Assembly (NCBI GenBank): GCA_918797485.1
Contig: CAKKNE010000004.1
Span: 2,914,001-2,978,000 of the forward strand
Length of the DNA stretch: 64,000 nt
DNA from: Pelagomonas calceolata
Lineage: Eukaryota
Reading direction: 5' to 3'
The position numbers and the translations under genes were made by a program. The notes beneath the pieces are model-generated. The model saw only the letters and a list, made by a program, of their open reading frames with translations. It did not search any database and was not told the DNA's origin. Positions 10,487 through 24,800 of this stretch are shown here, in pieces. How positions within the stretch are numbered: the stretch's first letter is position 1; the number at the start of each line of letters is the position of its first letter.

Positions 10487-13400
10487 CTAAGTGTCCACGA
10501 TAACCGTCGCCGGCGGCACAGCGAGCACTGCGGCGACGCCTCGGACAATGAAGAACGGCTGGTCCAGCACCTTGCCCGCGTCGCGTTCCGGTCGCGAGAG
10601 GCATTCGGACGCCGTCCGATTTCGCTCCGCGGTATTTTCGTATGCTTTCAGGTTGATCCAGAACAGAACCTCCGTGTGGCGCGTCGACGCGAAGACGGGG
10701 CAGCGGTACACGCCTTTTGGCGAGAGTCTTTCGGCCTCCTCGTCCTCATCGAAGAAGGCTTCTCGGGCGAGGGGAATGAGACTGACCACCGGCGCCGGAT
10801 CAAACGGCCCGTCGATGCGTTCGCACTCCCGCAGCGCCCCGCCGTCCGGCGCGAACTGGTCCCAGCGCGCGCCCTCTATCGTCATGCCCGTGATTGATAC
10901 GACTAGTTTGGGTGGCTCGACCGGCATTTTCTCATCTATGAGATCATCGCCGGGCGTCGCCGCGCGGCTCGCGGCCGGCGTCGACGCCCGCGACCGGGAC
11001 ACCTCGTCGCCCTTGAACGAGTCGAGGTCGCTCTGATCATCGTCCTCTTCGGGCTTGGCCCGCGAGTCGAGCCAGACCTCGTCGAGCGGGACGCCCCAGT
11101 GGCGCGCCGCCTGCAACCGCACTGCGTGCACAACGGCAGCTGGTTCCGCGAGTAGATCTAAAGGAATAGGACTCGGCGGCGCCAGGGCTTCGTACCAACC
11201 TGTGAGCAACCGCGCTCTGGCTTTCACGTGGTCGAACCAATCGCCGAGCGAGGCCATCGTTTCCGGTGGCGCCGATGCGTTGCGCCAGGCCGCGGGTATT
11301 TCGAGGCGCCGCAGCGACGAAGCAACATCTCCCAAACGTAGGCGCTCCTCGTCACTCGCTGGCGCCGAGCCCACGAGCGAACTTTGTAAAGCAGCCACGT
11401 CCGCGAAGACTTTGGAAGCCAAAATACGCAGTCTATCACGCTCCCGCAGCAATATCCCGTCGAACTCCGTCGGTGGGTCCGGCGCCTCGGTATAATCAGG
11501 CTCATCGGGCTTCGCATTTTTTGTGCGTCGCGCCCAGGCGCACGCGGCCTTGAAGGCCTGTTCGCGCCGCTTGGTGCACATGGCCACAATATCTTCTTCG
11601 ACGGAACCGACGGCCGCTTTCACGTCGGGCCTCGCTGCAGCGCCGGGCGCTTCGTCGGCGACGGGCGCATCGTCGGGCTCCAAGGACACCTGGCGGGGCG
11701 CCTCCTCGTCGAGCCTGGGCCCGAAGACGTCCGCCGCCTTGAAGCACAGGTCGAGCGTCGCCGCGAGCCGGACGTCGTCGAGCACGGTCTCGGGGAAGTA
11801 GGAACCGGCTCGTGCCGCCTTTGACGTCGCTGACGCAGATTCAGCGCTGCCGCGAAGGGCAGCAAGAATGGGCGCACCGCCGACCTCCTCCGCAGCTCGT
11901 TTCTCGGGCAGCTCCGCCGTCGTCCACGTCGTGGCGTCCTCGGGCCAATCAAGCAACTGCTGTGCTTTCGTCGAGCCGATCGACTTAGCGACGAATTCCA
12001 GCAACCGCTGGTCCACGTCACCGCCACAGCTAGTCGCTCCGATGCCCACAATGAGAGTTTGCAATTCCTTCCACCTCCCGCCTTTGACGGCGCGGCCGAC
12101 GGCTTTGAGCAGCGACCGACGGCCCGGCGGAGTAATTTCGGGCGCAATAAAAGGCCAAACGCCTTGGATGGCGTGAGAAGCCGCCCCTGAGAGTTGCGAC
12201 ACGCCGCCACCGTTCCAACCCAGGGACCCGAGGGCATCGCGCCGCTCGCCGCAGACCGCCAGAGTCGTCGCGCACCGCAAGGCCGCTTCTGATATGCCTT
12301 CATCATCACCAACGAGTGACGTCGTGCGTTCGACGGACTCGGCGAGCGTCCGCGGCGCGTCGAGCGCGACGACGGTCGACGCCGCGAGCAGCGCCTGCGG
12401 CACCGCCTTGACCGACGGCGCGGACACCAACCTTAGCGATGTGAGCGAGTCGACATGTGACTCCTCGCTAACGTCCTCGACGACGCTCAGCCAGAGCCGG
12501 AAGGTCGCGTGCGCCGGTTTGCCCGCGACGCCTCGCTCGACGAGCGGCTGGTCGACGGCGGCCCAAGCCACCGCAGATAGGATTTCAGGAGATGCAGTTG
12601 CGCAGTCTGTCACCAGCAGCCAGGCGCCCTCCGAGGCCGCCTGGGCGACCGCGCGGGCCGCGTGCGAGTCCGCGCCTACGACCACTAGCCTAACGCCGTT
12701 CGCGTCCGCGACGCGCTGCAGCGCCTCGCGACCGTCGTCGGCCTCCGGCGAGACGCGCAGAATGATAGGCGGTGCCGATTCGTCGTCCAGTGAAGCTGCT
12801 TTTTCGAGGGCAGAATCTTCCTCAGCTTGACCGAGCTCGGCCGCCGCGAAGGCCTCGAGCGCCGCAGCTAGCGCGTCGAAGCGGACCGCGCGTATGACGC
12901 AGAGCCGCTGCAGCGGGGTTAAATCCGCGTACGGGCTCGGGAACTCTTCATCATAAGGCGTCGCCGACTCCAGGACCTTCTCCCAATTATCGAGCGTCTT
13001 CTCGAGCCCCGCGAGCGCTGGAAGTGTGCCGCAGGCCTTGGCTCGTGCCCGCGCGTCCGCTGCGAAGAGCCAGTGGCCGCAGCGCGTCTCGTTCGGTAAC
13101 GACGCCCGGCGCGCGAGCTTGAGGTCTTCCAGCCGCCGTTTCGCGCCGCCGACGAGATTATTCCCACTCTTGAGCGCCATGAAATCCTCCTCGACCGGAT
13201 CCGTCGCGGGCCCGACCTCGCCGGTAAGCACGAAGCGCCATTCATCTCGTTCGGCGTCGCTCCAGTCCGGCCGGGCACACAAGCGCGCCTTGAGCGCGGT
13301 GAGTTCTTTACTGAGACATCCGCGGAGCGCCACCGCCGACGCCGCCCGGACGACGGCTTTACGAACTGCGGCGACGCGTTTGTGGACCTTCTCTTCTTCG

Positions 13401-15775
13401 TTTTCTTTCGTAGGCGCTTTGGGAGGCAGTCGCGCCGGCGTGTTGAGCGACGCGATGGCTCGACCGGCGCTCTGGAAGAGGAGATCCGATCCGATGGCGA
13501 GGCACATGGCCCCCAACCGCGCCGCGACCGGCCTTAAAGGTGCCAATGCAATCCTCCCTTGCCGGTCCTCCTCCCGCATCTCCGCCAGCTGCCCCCGCTT
13601 GAACCCCAGGTCCTTGATCGTCTCCTCGGCGTCCATGAGCACCTCGCGGTCGTCGAACAAATGGGCCGCAATGCCGGGACCGCGGCGATCCCTGCCGCAG
13701 AGCTTCCAGACGTGGACGTGCTTGCGCATCTCGGCCTGGAAGTCGGGCTTCGCCGCGGCCAGGCGCCCCTCGGCGTTTTTGAGTTCCTCGGCGATCGCAT
13801 TCGTACCGATCGCGTCGTGATCTCCTCCAATCGCCTCGCCGTCCGTCGGCGCCGCGCAGGTGACAAGGGCGCCGAAGAGCCGGTCCTCGGCCGCTTGGGC
13901 TTGGCGGTCCGCCACGGCCCGTTTGAACGCGAGCCGATCCAACGTGCTTGCTAGGGACGGCAGCTCGTGCTGCGCGACGCACTCCCACATGGCACGTGAA
14001 GATAACGCCGCACTCGGGTTGATCTTGACGACGTTGCAGCAGCCTCGCAATCTCGCAGATATAGAATCATCATCTGCAATCAGAAAGAGGTTGAAATTTT
14101 TCGGAGCTACCGCCCGGCCGCCTTGCACGACCGGGAGGAGCTCGAAGGGCAGCAGCGCCTCCCCCACTCCCTCGACGATGAGCCAGTGGCCATGCAAGGC
14201 GTCCGCGAGCGTTTCACTAAAATCCGCGTGCCCTATCCGGCACGAGAGCACGCCCGGCTCCCGCTCGCCCGTCTCCTCGTCGACGAACGTGCCGCGCTGC
14301 GGCCCCGTGGCGACGGCGCATCGCATGATGAACTTCCGCGCGACGCGCAGCGGGTCGATCAGTAAGGGCCACCGCGCGCACAGTAACGTGCAGGCCGCCG
14401 AGACGCCGCTCCCGGGCTCGTCGGCGTAGACCGCGCCCAGCCGCCACTCGAGCGTATCTCTCAAAGCGCCGAGCGTCGCGACCGTCAACGCGTCCGGGTC
14501 CTGGTCACCATGGGAAGGTTGTTGCGGGGCGTCCTCGAGCGCCGCCGGTTCGGATAGAGGAAGCACCTCATCGATACGCTTCCGCCACGCCTCCCAGAGC
14601 TCTAAGCGCTTCTCTAGATCGAGGCTCCCGAGATACGCGCCGGCCGCGCCCGCGAGGAGCGCGTCTCGACATGCATTCTCGCGCGCTGCTTTCAATCCCT
14701 CATATTCACAAGCCCAGCGCACGGCGTCGGCCGTCAGAGCCTCGGCGAACTGCACGGCAACCGTGGACCGCCGCTCGGCAATACCCTTCGCGTCGCCCTG
14801 GGCGAGGCTCGTCTCCTTCGCTTTTCTGTTCGCTTCGTCCAGATCATCCATGCGCTGCGAGATGGCCCCCAGCTCCTCGCGGCATGAGTCCTGCGTCGCC
14901 GCGTCTCCACTCTTCAAAGCCGCGGTCAACTCGTCGTTGAGCTCCGAGGCGCGGCCCTCGAGCGCTTCCCGATCCGCTTTCGCCTTGGCCGCGGCTTTCT
15001 TCTGCTGCGCCGCGATTTGCCCGGCGTTCGCCGTCGCCCACTTGAGCTGCGCCGCGGCCGTCTTCGCCGCGCGCCAGCACGTGAGCGCGCTATTCAAACG
15101 ATCGAGGCGCCGCCCCGTCTCCGCCACCCTCGCTGTATGAGCGCGCGCCGCGTCCCGCAGGAACGCGTGGAAGTGGCCCGGCGTCGCTTTGACATATTTC
15201 GCTGATATCGTGTGGAGGTCCGCCGCGAGCTGCGGCGCGTCCTCTGGCCACTCGGTTAACATAGAACGAGCCAGGTCCGCGCGCGCCGCGGCGTCATCAG
15301 ATCCGCAGCGCACGACGCACGCCGATGTAAAGAGAGCGGGCTCGCGCGCGGCCAGCGCCGCCGTCGCGCGGTTGTCGTCGCCGACCGTCGCGCAGACGAC
15401 GACGCGCAGGCGGCCACGGACGCGCGCCGCGCGCGCCGCGGCTTTCCCCGTGCGACTCGCATCGAAGTCGTCGTCGTCGGCCGTGGCCGCGGCCTCATCA
15501 CAAACCATGGCGGCCGCGAGCGCGCGCCACGCCGCGGCGTCGTCGCCGAGCTCGTCGTCGCCCACGACGATCGTCAATAGGTGCTGCTCGGTGGCTTCTG
15601 TTGGAATTTCCGCCGCTTCCTTCTTGGCGCGCTTTTTCTTGCCCTTCTTGCGAGCCTTCCGGGCCGGCGAGGGCGTCCGCGCGCGACTCTTTTTGGGTTC
15701 TGATTGAGGGGGCGCCGGGGCCGCCGCCTCCTCGACGGCCGGCGCGGGCGCGGGCGCCGGTGATGGTGCTGGCGC

Positions 15776-15807
<32 letters not shown>

Positions 15808-18800
15808 GCGCCGGCGCGTCGACGACCGGGGCCTCGTCCTCGATGACCGTGGGGAGGGGCGGCGGCACCGGCGGCGGCTTCGGCAGGCCGACGGGGCTCG
15901 GCTCGACGTCGCCGAGGCGACTTAAAGCCTGACACAGCGCCTCGCGGAAACTTGATGAGCCCTGCGTCCTTATTAAGTCCGACGCCGTCATGACCTCGCC
16001 GCCGATCAACCGGCACGCGAGCCGCGCGACTGTGCGGCGGCCCGACGCCGCTCCACCTAATAAAACGACGTGACCGCCCGGCCGGCGCAGGCACCGCGCC
16101 ACGCGCATGACGTCATGGATACACCGACTGACGGGATGCGCTATTGAAACATCCTCCCGCAGGGACTCCTTCACAAATGCGCCGTGGCAAAGCTTTGCGC
16201 GCGCGGCCGCCGCGTAGACCGGCGTCTTTTCTAAGCGAGCGTAGGCGCGTCGAGGTGGTGCCGCTTCTATGAGATAAGGCTTGGCCCGGGGCGGCGGAAT
16301 GTACGACGGCACCGACTCCTCGTCGACCGTCGACGCCTCTCCTCTTAATTTCCGCATGACATCATCCACCCCATCGTCGCGCAGCTCCGTCGTGAAGTAC
16401 GGGTCCGCGCCGAGCTCTCCCTCTTCTTCATCCGGCAACACCATGTCGCAAAAGTCAAGTTCTGAATCTTCGGGCACAATCGTCGAAAACTCCTGGCCGC
16501 CCAGCTCCTGCGGGCCCTCTTGAGATGCGGCGTCCTTCAGGAGGTCCTCGAAGTCGGATTTTGAGAATGAACCCGTCTCTGATAATCTATCCGCGAGGCA
16601 CCGCCGACACTCGTGCGCCCAGAGCCGCGTGAGCTCGGCCGCCTTCGACGGTGGAACGAGCAAAAACCCCTGCAGGATTCTTACCAAATCTCGTCGTCCG
16701 TACTGCAGGCCGCCCGTGTCCAGGACAACTTGTTGAGAAGAAGCGGGCTGTACCAAACCGCGGGCAACTTTGGCGCACTGCTGCACGAGCTCCACTGTGC
16801 ACCTCGCCAAGGCATCGATCGTGCGTGCCGGTTGACCTACTACGACGGACGCGAAGGCCGTCGCCAGGCCCAGCGCGCCCTCATCATCAACACGCAGCAC
16901 GCACATCCTCGACGCCAGCCGCGGCGCGATCTCCTGGAAACACCAGGGCGCGTGGCGCACCTCGCCCCTCTTCTCGACTCGATCAAAGTCGAACGGCAGC
17001 CCGTCCGACGCCGTGGCGACGACGGACACGTCTTCCAGTCGCATCGTACCCTCTCCAGTCGTATAGCTCTGCGCGTCGAGCACCTGTCTTACAAACTCCG
17101 ACGGCCCGCGCGGTAATAAAGCGACGTCGTCCATTCTGACAAATAAGGGTCCACCAATACCACCGAGGACGCCCCGCCGCCGCCGGTCGAGGCACCGCTC
17201 GAACGCACTCCGCAGATCCGCGGCCGTCGTGCCCAATGACGAATACACCGCACACGCATCGAAGGGCCGTTCGGCGGGCGGCAGTTCGCCGCGCCCCGGC
17301 GGCAGAACTACCGGCTCGGCACCCTCCAGGGCCTCGAGGGGCGCCAGCTCTATTTTCATATAGGCGCCCTCGGTGACGCCCGGCTTCTTCTTCTTCTTCC
17401 TCTTCTTGGGCGACTTTTGTGCCTGTGCTTTGAGCTCCTCCTGCGTCGTGATCAGCGCGCGGTCGAACTGCGTCGCGACGCCGTCGACGCAGCCCAACAA
17501 ACCTTGGAGCGCGGCCTGCGCCCCAGCGACGGCGTCGCCGTCGCGCATGCCGTCTATTAACAAGACCGAAGCGTTGCTGCACATGGCGAGCCGCGCGAGC
17601 CGCGCCCCGGCGGCGGCGGCCGGCGTCGGCAGGTAGATGGCACCGCAATGGTGTGTCGAAGGAATCGGGAGAGGAGGCGCCCGGGAGACCTTGGGCAAAC
17701 AGTCCGCCCACGGCACCCAGCGAGCTCTTCCAATATCGAGGCAGTAGCCATAAAGGTTGTCCTCCGGCAGGGGCGGGTAGAAGTCCACCAAAGGCCGCGC
17801 CTTGGCCACGAACTCCAGCTCGAAAGCAAGGCGCTCCTGCTCGGGTTGCACCGAGCCAACGGCCCACAGGAGCGCCCAGGCCACCGCACTATTCACGACC
17901 TCCGGCGCCCGCGCGCAGGCGCGTAGCGGGGGCAGCGGCGCGCCGGGCCGCGGTCGTAGGGGAGCGAGTAATAACCCATCCAAAAGAGCGACGAACGTCC
18001 CCGCGCACGACCCGCTCGCATGCTTCTGGAAGGCGCACGGCGCCAGCAGCGCTATGGCGGCCTGGAGCTTTGACTTGAGGGAAGGCATCGCGTCGGCCAT
18101 GACGTCGTCGACCAAGAGCGCAACTCTAGAACTCACGTCGAGCGTCGCATCATGTGAAGCGTAGTGCACGACTTGCAGCCGATTGATGAGCGCGGGCGAC
18201 GCGTTGGACAGGTCGTCCGTCTCGACGATGATGCGCTTGTCCATCATTGAGCTCCGGTGCGCGCCCTGCGCCGTCGGCGCCCCTATGTTATCAAGCGTCG
18301 CGCAGAGGACATCTCCAATCAAACCGTCAACAACACCATCGACGACGACGGTCTCGCACGTCTCCGACTCTTGCCACTCTCGGATCCGGTTCAAGTGCAC
18401 GTCGACGTGTTTCGTCCGCGTCCGGAGGACGGCGTCGAGCGCGTCCGGCGAACTGAGCGCTTGCGGGTAGACGCGCGTCGCCTTTAAAGAACGGAGTGCG
18501 CGCGACTTGCCGCAGCCCGCGGGTCCGACGACGCAGACGGCGCGCTTCGCTGCGAGGGCCTGCCGCGCCGCGACCAGCACATCAATGGCCTCGGGCCGCG
18601 GGTCGCAGCCCGCCTCGACTAGTTCCTGCCGGGCAGCTTCGCGGCCGTCGTCAGTGTCGTCCGGCGGTGCCACGTCGCCGCTCCAGTCGGCGAAGGCGTC
18701 CCGGACCAACTCGCGCACTAACAAAGAAGCGTTCTCCGAGGTAGATGCAAGCTTGAGGGCGACCTTGACGAAGGCGGCCGCGACAAGTTGACCGTCGCCG

Positions 18801-21800
18801 CGCGCGAGCGCGTCCTCGTCGTAGGCGGCGCGCGCCGCGGCCGCCGCGTTCACGCACGCGACCACGACGCGGACCGGGCGCGCCGACGCGAGCGCCGCCA
18901 ACGCGGACCACGCGGCGGCGCCTTCGTCCGACCCCGTCCGCGCGGCGGCGGCCGCCCAGCTCGCGTCACCTAGAAGTCTGATGGCGGACGCGAGCCGCCG
19001 GCCGCCGTCGATCGCGCCGGCCGACGTGAAGCCGTGCGCGGCGAGCGCGAGCGCCGCGACGCGGTGAAGGTCGGGCGCCGTCCGCAGAATTGGCCGCGCC
19101 CGCGCCGCCAGCGCGGCTGGGAACCGCGTCGGTAACCCGTCGAAGCAGAGGATGACCGCCGGGCCGTCTTCTCTCGATCCGGGCGGGGGCCGCCGGTGCT
19201 TCGGGCCGTGGGCCTCGTGGGGATGATGCGCCTCCGCGCGCGTCGCGTTTTCCAGTGAGGCGAGGTGCTGCGCCAGCGATGCGATCACATTAGAAGACGC
19301 CCTGGCGACGCCCGCGAGGACTAACCACAGACCGCCGTTCTCGAGGCCCGTGCAGACGCGCCTCAACAACGATTCGTCCACGTCCATGCAGTGGAGGCGG
19401 ACGACGGGCTGCGCCAGCATTTCTCCTAATTTCTCCGCTAGGCTCCGTTTGCCGGTGCCACCGCTGAGTGACGCAGTAACACCAACTCGCAGCGCCGCCA
19501 GAATCTCGAGCATGCATCTTTCACAATTCGGCGTGATGAACAGCGCCTCGCCCGCCGCGCCCCCTCGGTACTCGTCGCCGCAGAAGCGGCGACTCAACGC
19601 CGCCTCGGCGACGACGCGCCCCGCCTCCACGCCGTCCATGGCGATGGCCGCGGGATTCTCGAAGTAGAACCTCAAACGAGCAGCCCAGGCGAAGTCCTCG
19701 CAGGAAGCACACACGCTTTCAATTAACGAATCCGCCGCGTCTCGACCTTCGACCTCGAAGGCCGCAAAAGTTTGCAATTTCTGGAAAGTGTGCCTCGCGT
19801 GGTTTTCTTTCAGGCGTCGCGCCACGGAGTTGATGCGTACGAGTTGCCTCCTCTTTAACTCGTTCGTGCCCACGAAGCCTCTGTCCGTCAACAAACCCTC
19901 GGCCTCCGCCGTGAAGGCGCACCGCGCCGCCAGCAATCCAGAAGCCGCCTGCTGTTGTAAACACCAGGCGCCTCTCCCTGGTTCCTTGAGCATGGCCTCG
20001 GCAGAAGCTTGCGTCAGAGCTTGCACGGCCTCTTTCATACCTTTCTCGAGCTCGTTCAGCCACAACTCACAACGGCCGCCGGCGTCCACATCCTCGGTCT
20101 TCGCGAGTTCCAACGTTTCATGGATATCTTCCTCGTCAAAGGTCGACAGGTCGGCCTTCTTCGCGTAGGGCTCGTGCCGCGCGACCAACGCCTCGATCCT
20201 CAGCGAGTCTCCCACAAAACGGACGTCGGAAACGCCCGGGAAGCACAACACGACAGCTTTCCTCGCTCGTCTTTTCGTTTCGCGGGGGTCCTGGTCGGGG
20301 TCGCCGATCAACAAATCCCACAAGTCTTGTTCCGAGACCATGCAGAGCCGCGCGCAAGCTAATCTGCGAGCTTCCGCGAAGTCATGGATACCGCGCGTGG
20401 CCTCTTCCACATCAATCAAAGCGTCTTCTAATACGTTTTTCAGAGGAGCAAGTCGATCTTGAACTTCAATCACCCTCGCGCGGCCATTCACGCCCTTCGC
20501 GGCAGCACAGCACTTCGCGAGGGCCCTGGTGACTTTCGAGAAGGTCGCCGCCTCGTGGGGCAGCTGCTTCCTTAGGGCGTCGCCGCCGGCGGCAAAGACG
20601 GTAGCCAGGGCCTCCCACTTCCCTTGGACGGTCGCCCACCTTTCTAGCGTTTCCTCGGCTGCGCGCAATCGCGACGCGAGGTTCTTTACAGAAGCGTCGG
20701 CCATGACCGAAGGCGAATTGTCTCCTTCACCTGATAACGGCCCCGTGCGGCAGGCGTCGAGCTCGACCAGACACGTGTCGAAGGCCCTGAACAGCGCCTC
20801 CAACTTCACAAGCTTGTTGCCCGCGACGACGACCTTGGGGTCCTTCATCTTGCCGCTCTTGGCGCGCTCCGCGGGCCTTGTGACTTGGTGAGGCACGATG
20901 TCCAAGAGCTGATTGTTCCAGACGGCCTCGAGGCGGCGCGCCAGCGCCAGGGCCCGGCGGCACCTGTGAGCAGCGTCCGCGAGCCTTGCGACGGCGTGGC
21001 GGTTCTTGACTAAGGAATCGGTGATCCTCCGCACTTCGAAGCCCCTACCAAGAGGAAAGCCTAATAAAGCAGCGAGCTCGGCGCCCCACATTTCGAGGGT
21101 CGAGCACTCGTCTCCTTTTACAACCCAGTCCCGGTCGCCGCCGGCCGCCAGGCCCTTCACCACATAAGTCACGGCGTCGACGACGGGCTTTGCTCGAAAC
21201 GCCGCGGCGTCGAGCCCGCCCTCCAAATCTTGAACACATCGCGCTAGCCAGACCTGGCGCTCCGCCGACGCGACGACGCGCGCCGCGATCAATGACTTCG
21301 TCCAGGCCGGGCCCGCCGGCGCGTCGACGAGGCGGTCGACGTCGCCGTAACTCTCCCTGAGCTTTCCCGCGCCGCACCAGTCGCAGGCCGCGACGACGGC
21401 CGGGTCCTCGCGCGCCACGAGTCTCTCATTAAAAGCCTTCTTCGCGTTCGCGGCGTCCAGCAATGCTTGCCGGTCCGCGAGGATTTTCCCGCCGCGCCGC
21501 GCCAAGTCATAGGTCGGCTGCAGGTGGGCCAGGAAGGCCTCGTCGCGCGCCTCGCCGAGCCTCATGCTGGCAAAGGCGTCCGTCGCCTCGACGTTGTGCT
21601 CGCCAGCCGCGGCGAGGAGGCGGTGGGGCTCGAAGGCGTCGACGAGCGCTTCCAGAGAATCCGCCGGCGTCGGGTCTTTGCTGAGAATGCCCTCGCGCCG
21701 GTTCAAGTCGGCAAGTTCCTGCGTCAGCGCCTCGATGCTCTCCTGGGCGTCCTTGCAATCAGTTGACCGTTTCGCGACGGCCTTCAAGGCCCCGTCGAAG

Positions 21801-24800
21801 GCCGCGTCGCCCCGGAATCGCGCGGCGTCGTACTGGCACGCTTTCCGCACGAGCACCGCGGCCTCGGCCAGGCGCTCCTCGTACTCCGCCCTATCATCAT
21901 CTAAACGTTCCGTGTGCTGCGCGCGCATGCGTACGCATTCACCCTTGGCGCGTTTCAAGGATTTCAGCACTTTTGGTTCCCACGCTCTATCAGCTCGCGC
22001 GATGCACATGCCCTCGACGGCGTTGAGGGGCCTTCCATGTAACGCGCAGAGCTCCGCTATATTAGACGCGTCTCTGGCTGTGGCCAATATAGGCTTTATG
22101 AGCTGAGGCACCACTTCCACGAACTTTTCAACAGCCACGGTCGTCTCGGCGTCCGAGCAGGGCGTATCTAAAACAGCTTTGATTTTGCGCCATCGCGTCT
22201 CGCACCACGTCCCGATCAGGTAGCATTGGTCCGCGTGGCCATCCAACGTGTCGCGCCGCACGCCATGCAACGCGCGCAGCAGCGACCGCCGCGCGATGCT
22301 AGCGTCGCACTCCGTCAGGGCGCAGAGGCGCCGCGGCGAGGCGTCCAACGATGCTGACGCGGACTCGATCGTGGTCTTGCCTTCATTAAGTTCCCGGGCG
22401 ATCGTGCGGACATCTTTCGGGAGCGCGGGCGGCGCGGGGCCCAATCCTCCCTTCTTGACGGCGTTGCGCGCGCGACCCAAGGACGTGTCGGCGGGCTCCA
22501 GCTCGCACTCTTCATCATCAAGGTCGTGCGACCGCACATCCTCGGCATAGTTCCTTTTTAGTGACAGCTCGGCCGAGTCGCGGCCGCGCATCTCCCGCTC
22601 AAGCATGGCGCCGACGTCCCGCACATAAGTCGCGACCGGGTCCGCGGCCGTCGCCGCGCAGGCCCGCAGGCGCCGGAGGGCGTCGCGGACCCACGCCGGC
22701 TGCGCCTCCGACGCGCCGTCCCAGGGGCACGTGATCGCGCGCGGCGGCACGTACTGCAGATGACTTAGGGCGGAGACGCAGGGGTCGCCGCAGCGCGCGC
22801 AGCCCTCGAACAGCTTCTGGAGCGGCATGACCAAAGCGGCGGCGATGTCGGCGTCGCGGAGCTGGCCCTTCTTCGCAAAGGACCACTGCTTCTGGACCTT
22901 GCGCTTCTCCGAGGCCGTCATGTCGTCATTTAGATCATCCTTTATGTCGATGTCGAGGTCGAGGCGGAACCAGGGTTTTCGTAGGAATCGATCGTCCCTA
23001 CAAGTCTCCTCGACGGCTTCGACGTATCTCGCAGTCGCGATCCGCAGCGCCGTATCCAGCTCCGTGGCCATGGCGTACCGCGTCCGCTCCAGCAAGCGCC
23101 GCAGCGGCTCCTGGGGCGACTTGCGCGTGTCGAAGAGGTCCCCGTGGTACTCGACGCGCGTCGGGTCGAAGCACGGCTCCACGAGGCCGGTCAGGCCTGT
23201 CCGCAAGGCCTCGCCGACGTCCTTCGGCCAGGTTTTCTCAACGGCCGGGAGGCCTTTACTCAGGACCTCGGAGAAGAGGCGCTGAAAGGCCGCCGGCGAG
23301 AGCTGTACAGGGCGGTGGACAAGGAATGTGGCATCTAACGAATGCGTCGCAATGATCTTTTGAGCCCCCTGCGTCGCGCACAGAGCAAATCTGGAGCCCA
23401 CAAACGGGTGCAATTCGTTAAAATGGCCGTCGTCGTGCTTATCAACCACATCATCAGGAAAATGGATCTCCCGCGTCAAGCCGGCCTTGAGCGGCAGGAC
23501 GACCGGTTTTCGAGCGGGCGAGGCATTACCATCAATACGGTAGCCCTCGTCCGCCGTCGGTTCGTCAGAAGTGCCCCACTTACTTGAAATCCAATTCGCA
23601 TGTTGTCCCTCCTCCACATCCTCGTCATCAATCGCTTCCGAAGCCTCAGGAGCGACGTGGAGCAGGGCGTGCTTCGCCAGGAGGAACCGCCGGTGCGTAT
23701 CCTTCGAAACGAAGGCGTCCCTGTCAAAATCATCAAGTTCGGCCGTACAGTAACCCGGCGCGAACTTGACCGCCAGGGCATCCAACGCAGGCAAATCTAA
23801 TGTCCCGTCCGACGAGAGGAAGCGCACGTCTCTCGATGGAGCCTCGCCGGCGAAGGCTGCCTTGGCCAACTGGGCGAATATAAAACCCTGCATCTCGATG
23901 ACGTAGTCGCGCTCGGCCTCGTCCATTTCCTTGGCTAATTGAACATCGTTGCGCCAGGGCTTCGTTTCTCTATGTACACGTTCGTCTAAAGTGGGAAAGA
24001 GCTCGTTCCTCAAATTTGCGATGACTTTTTTGCACAAAGGCGCCGACGCGAAGAAGTGGCGGAGGCGTAGTCTTTCTTCACAAGCGGCGCGCCTTATAAG
24101 AGCCCCCTGCAACCGATTGATCGACACGAACCGGTCCTGCCAGGCACCGATCGTCGCGACGGCCGGGACCCAACTTTCAGGCGGCCAGGGGTCGTCGAAC
24201 CATTTCACGCGGTGGTTGCGCCCGTCGCCGTCGTCAGAATGCTGCAAGATGGTACAGGGCACCCACCGCCCCAACCTTCGTTCAAAGTCCGAGACCTGAT
24301 CACTCGGCGAGCGGTCCTGCCGCAACGCGACGGCCACGGGCTTTCCACCATACTTCCGCCAAGCTATGGTAGCGACCTCGACGTGGTCCGCGTCGTCAAA
24401 AATATGTAGGGGTAGCTGGGGCGCGTGGCTCAGGATCGCGCCGCCCTCTTTTGTGGAAGCCCAATCGGACATGAGCGCCCGCGCGGCGTCGCCTAAAGGC
24501 ATTTGATGGATCTCCTCGAGGCGCGCGGCGGCCTTGCGTTTCTTAATAGCGTCGCGCTGCTTTTGGGGCATCGCCGCCTTCCGAGGCCCGTCGATTTTTT
24601 GGGACGCGGAGAACTCGCTCCGCGGGTCCAAATGGGGCGGCTCGCAGCAGCCGACGCCCGGGTCCCGCTCAATTATGATAGGAGGCGGCGGCGTCTTCGG
24701 GCGCGGGGCCTCGAGGTTATCCAAGTCCATTGGTTGAACCACCCTCTTTCTTTTACTTAACTTGATGGGAGTGGGCTTTCTCACTCTAGGAACACTCCCA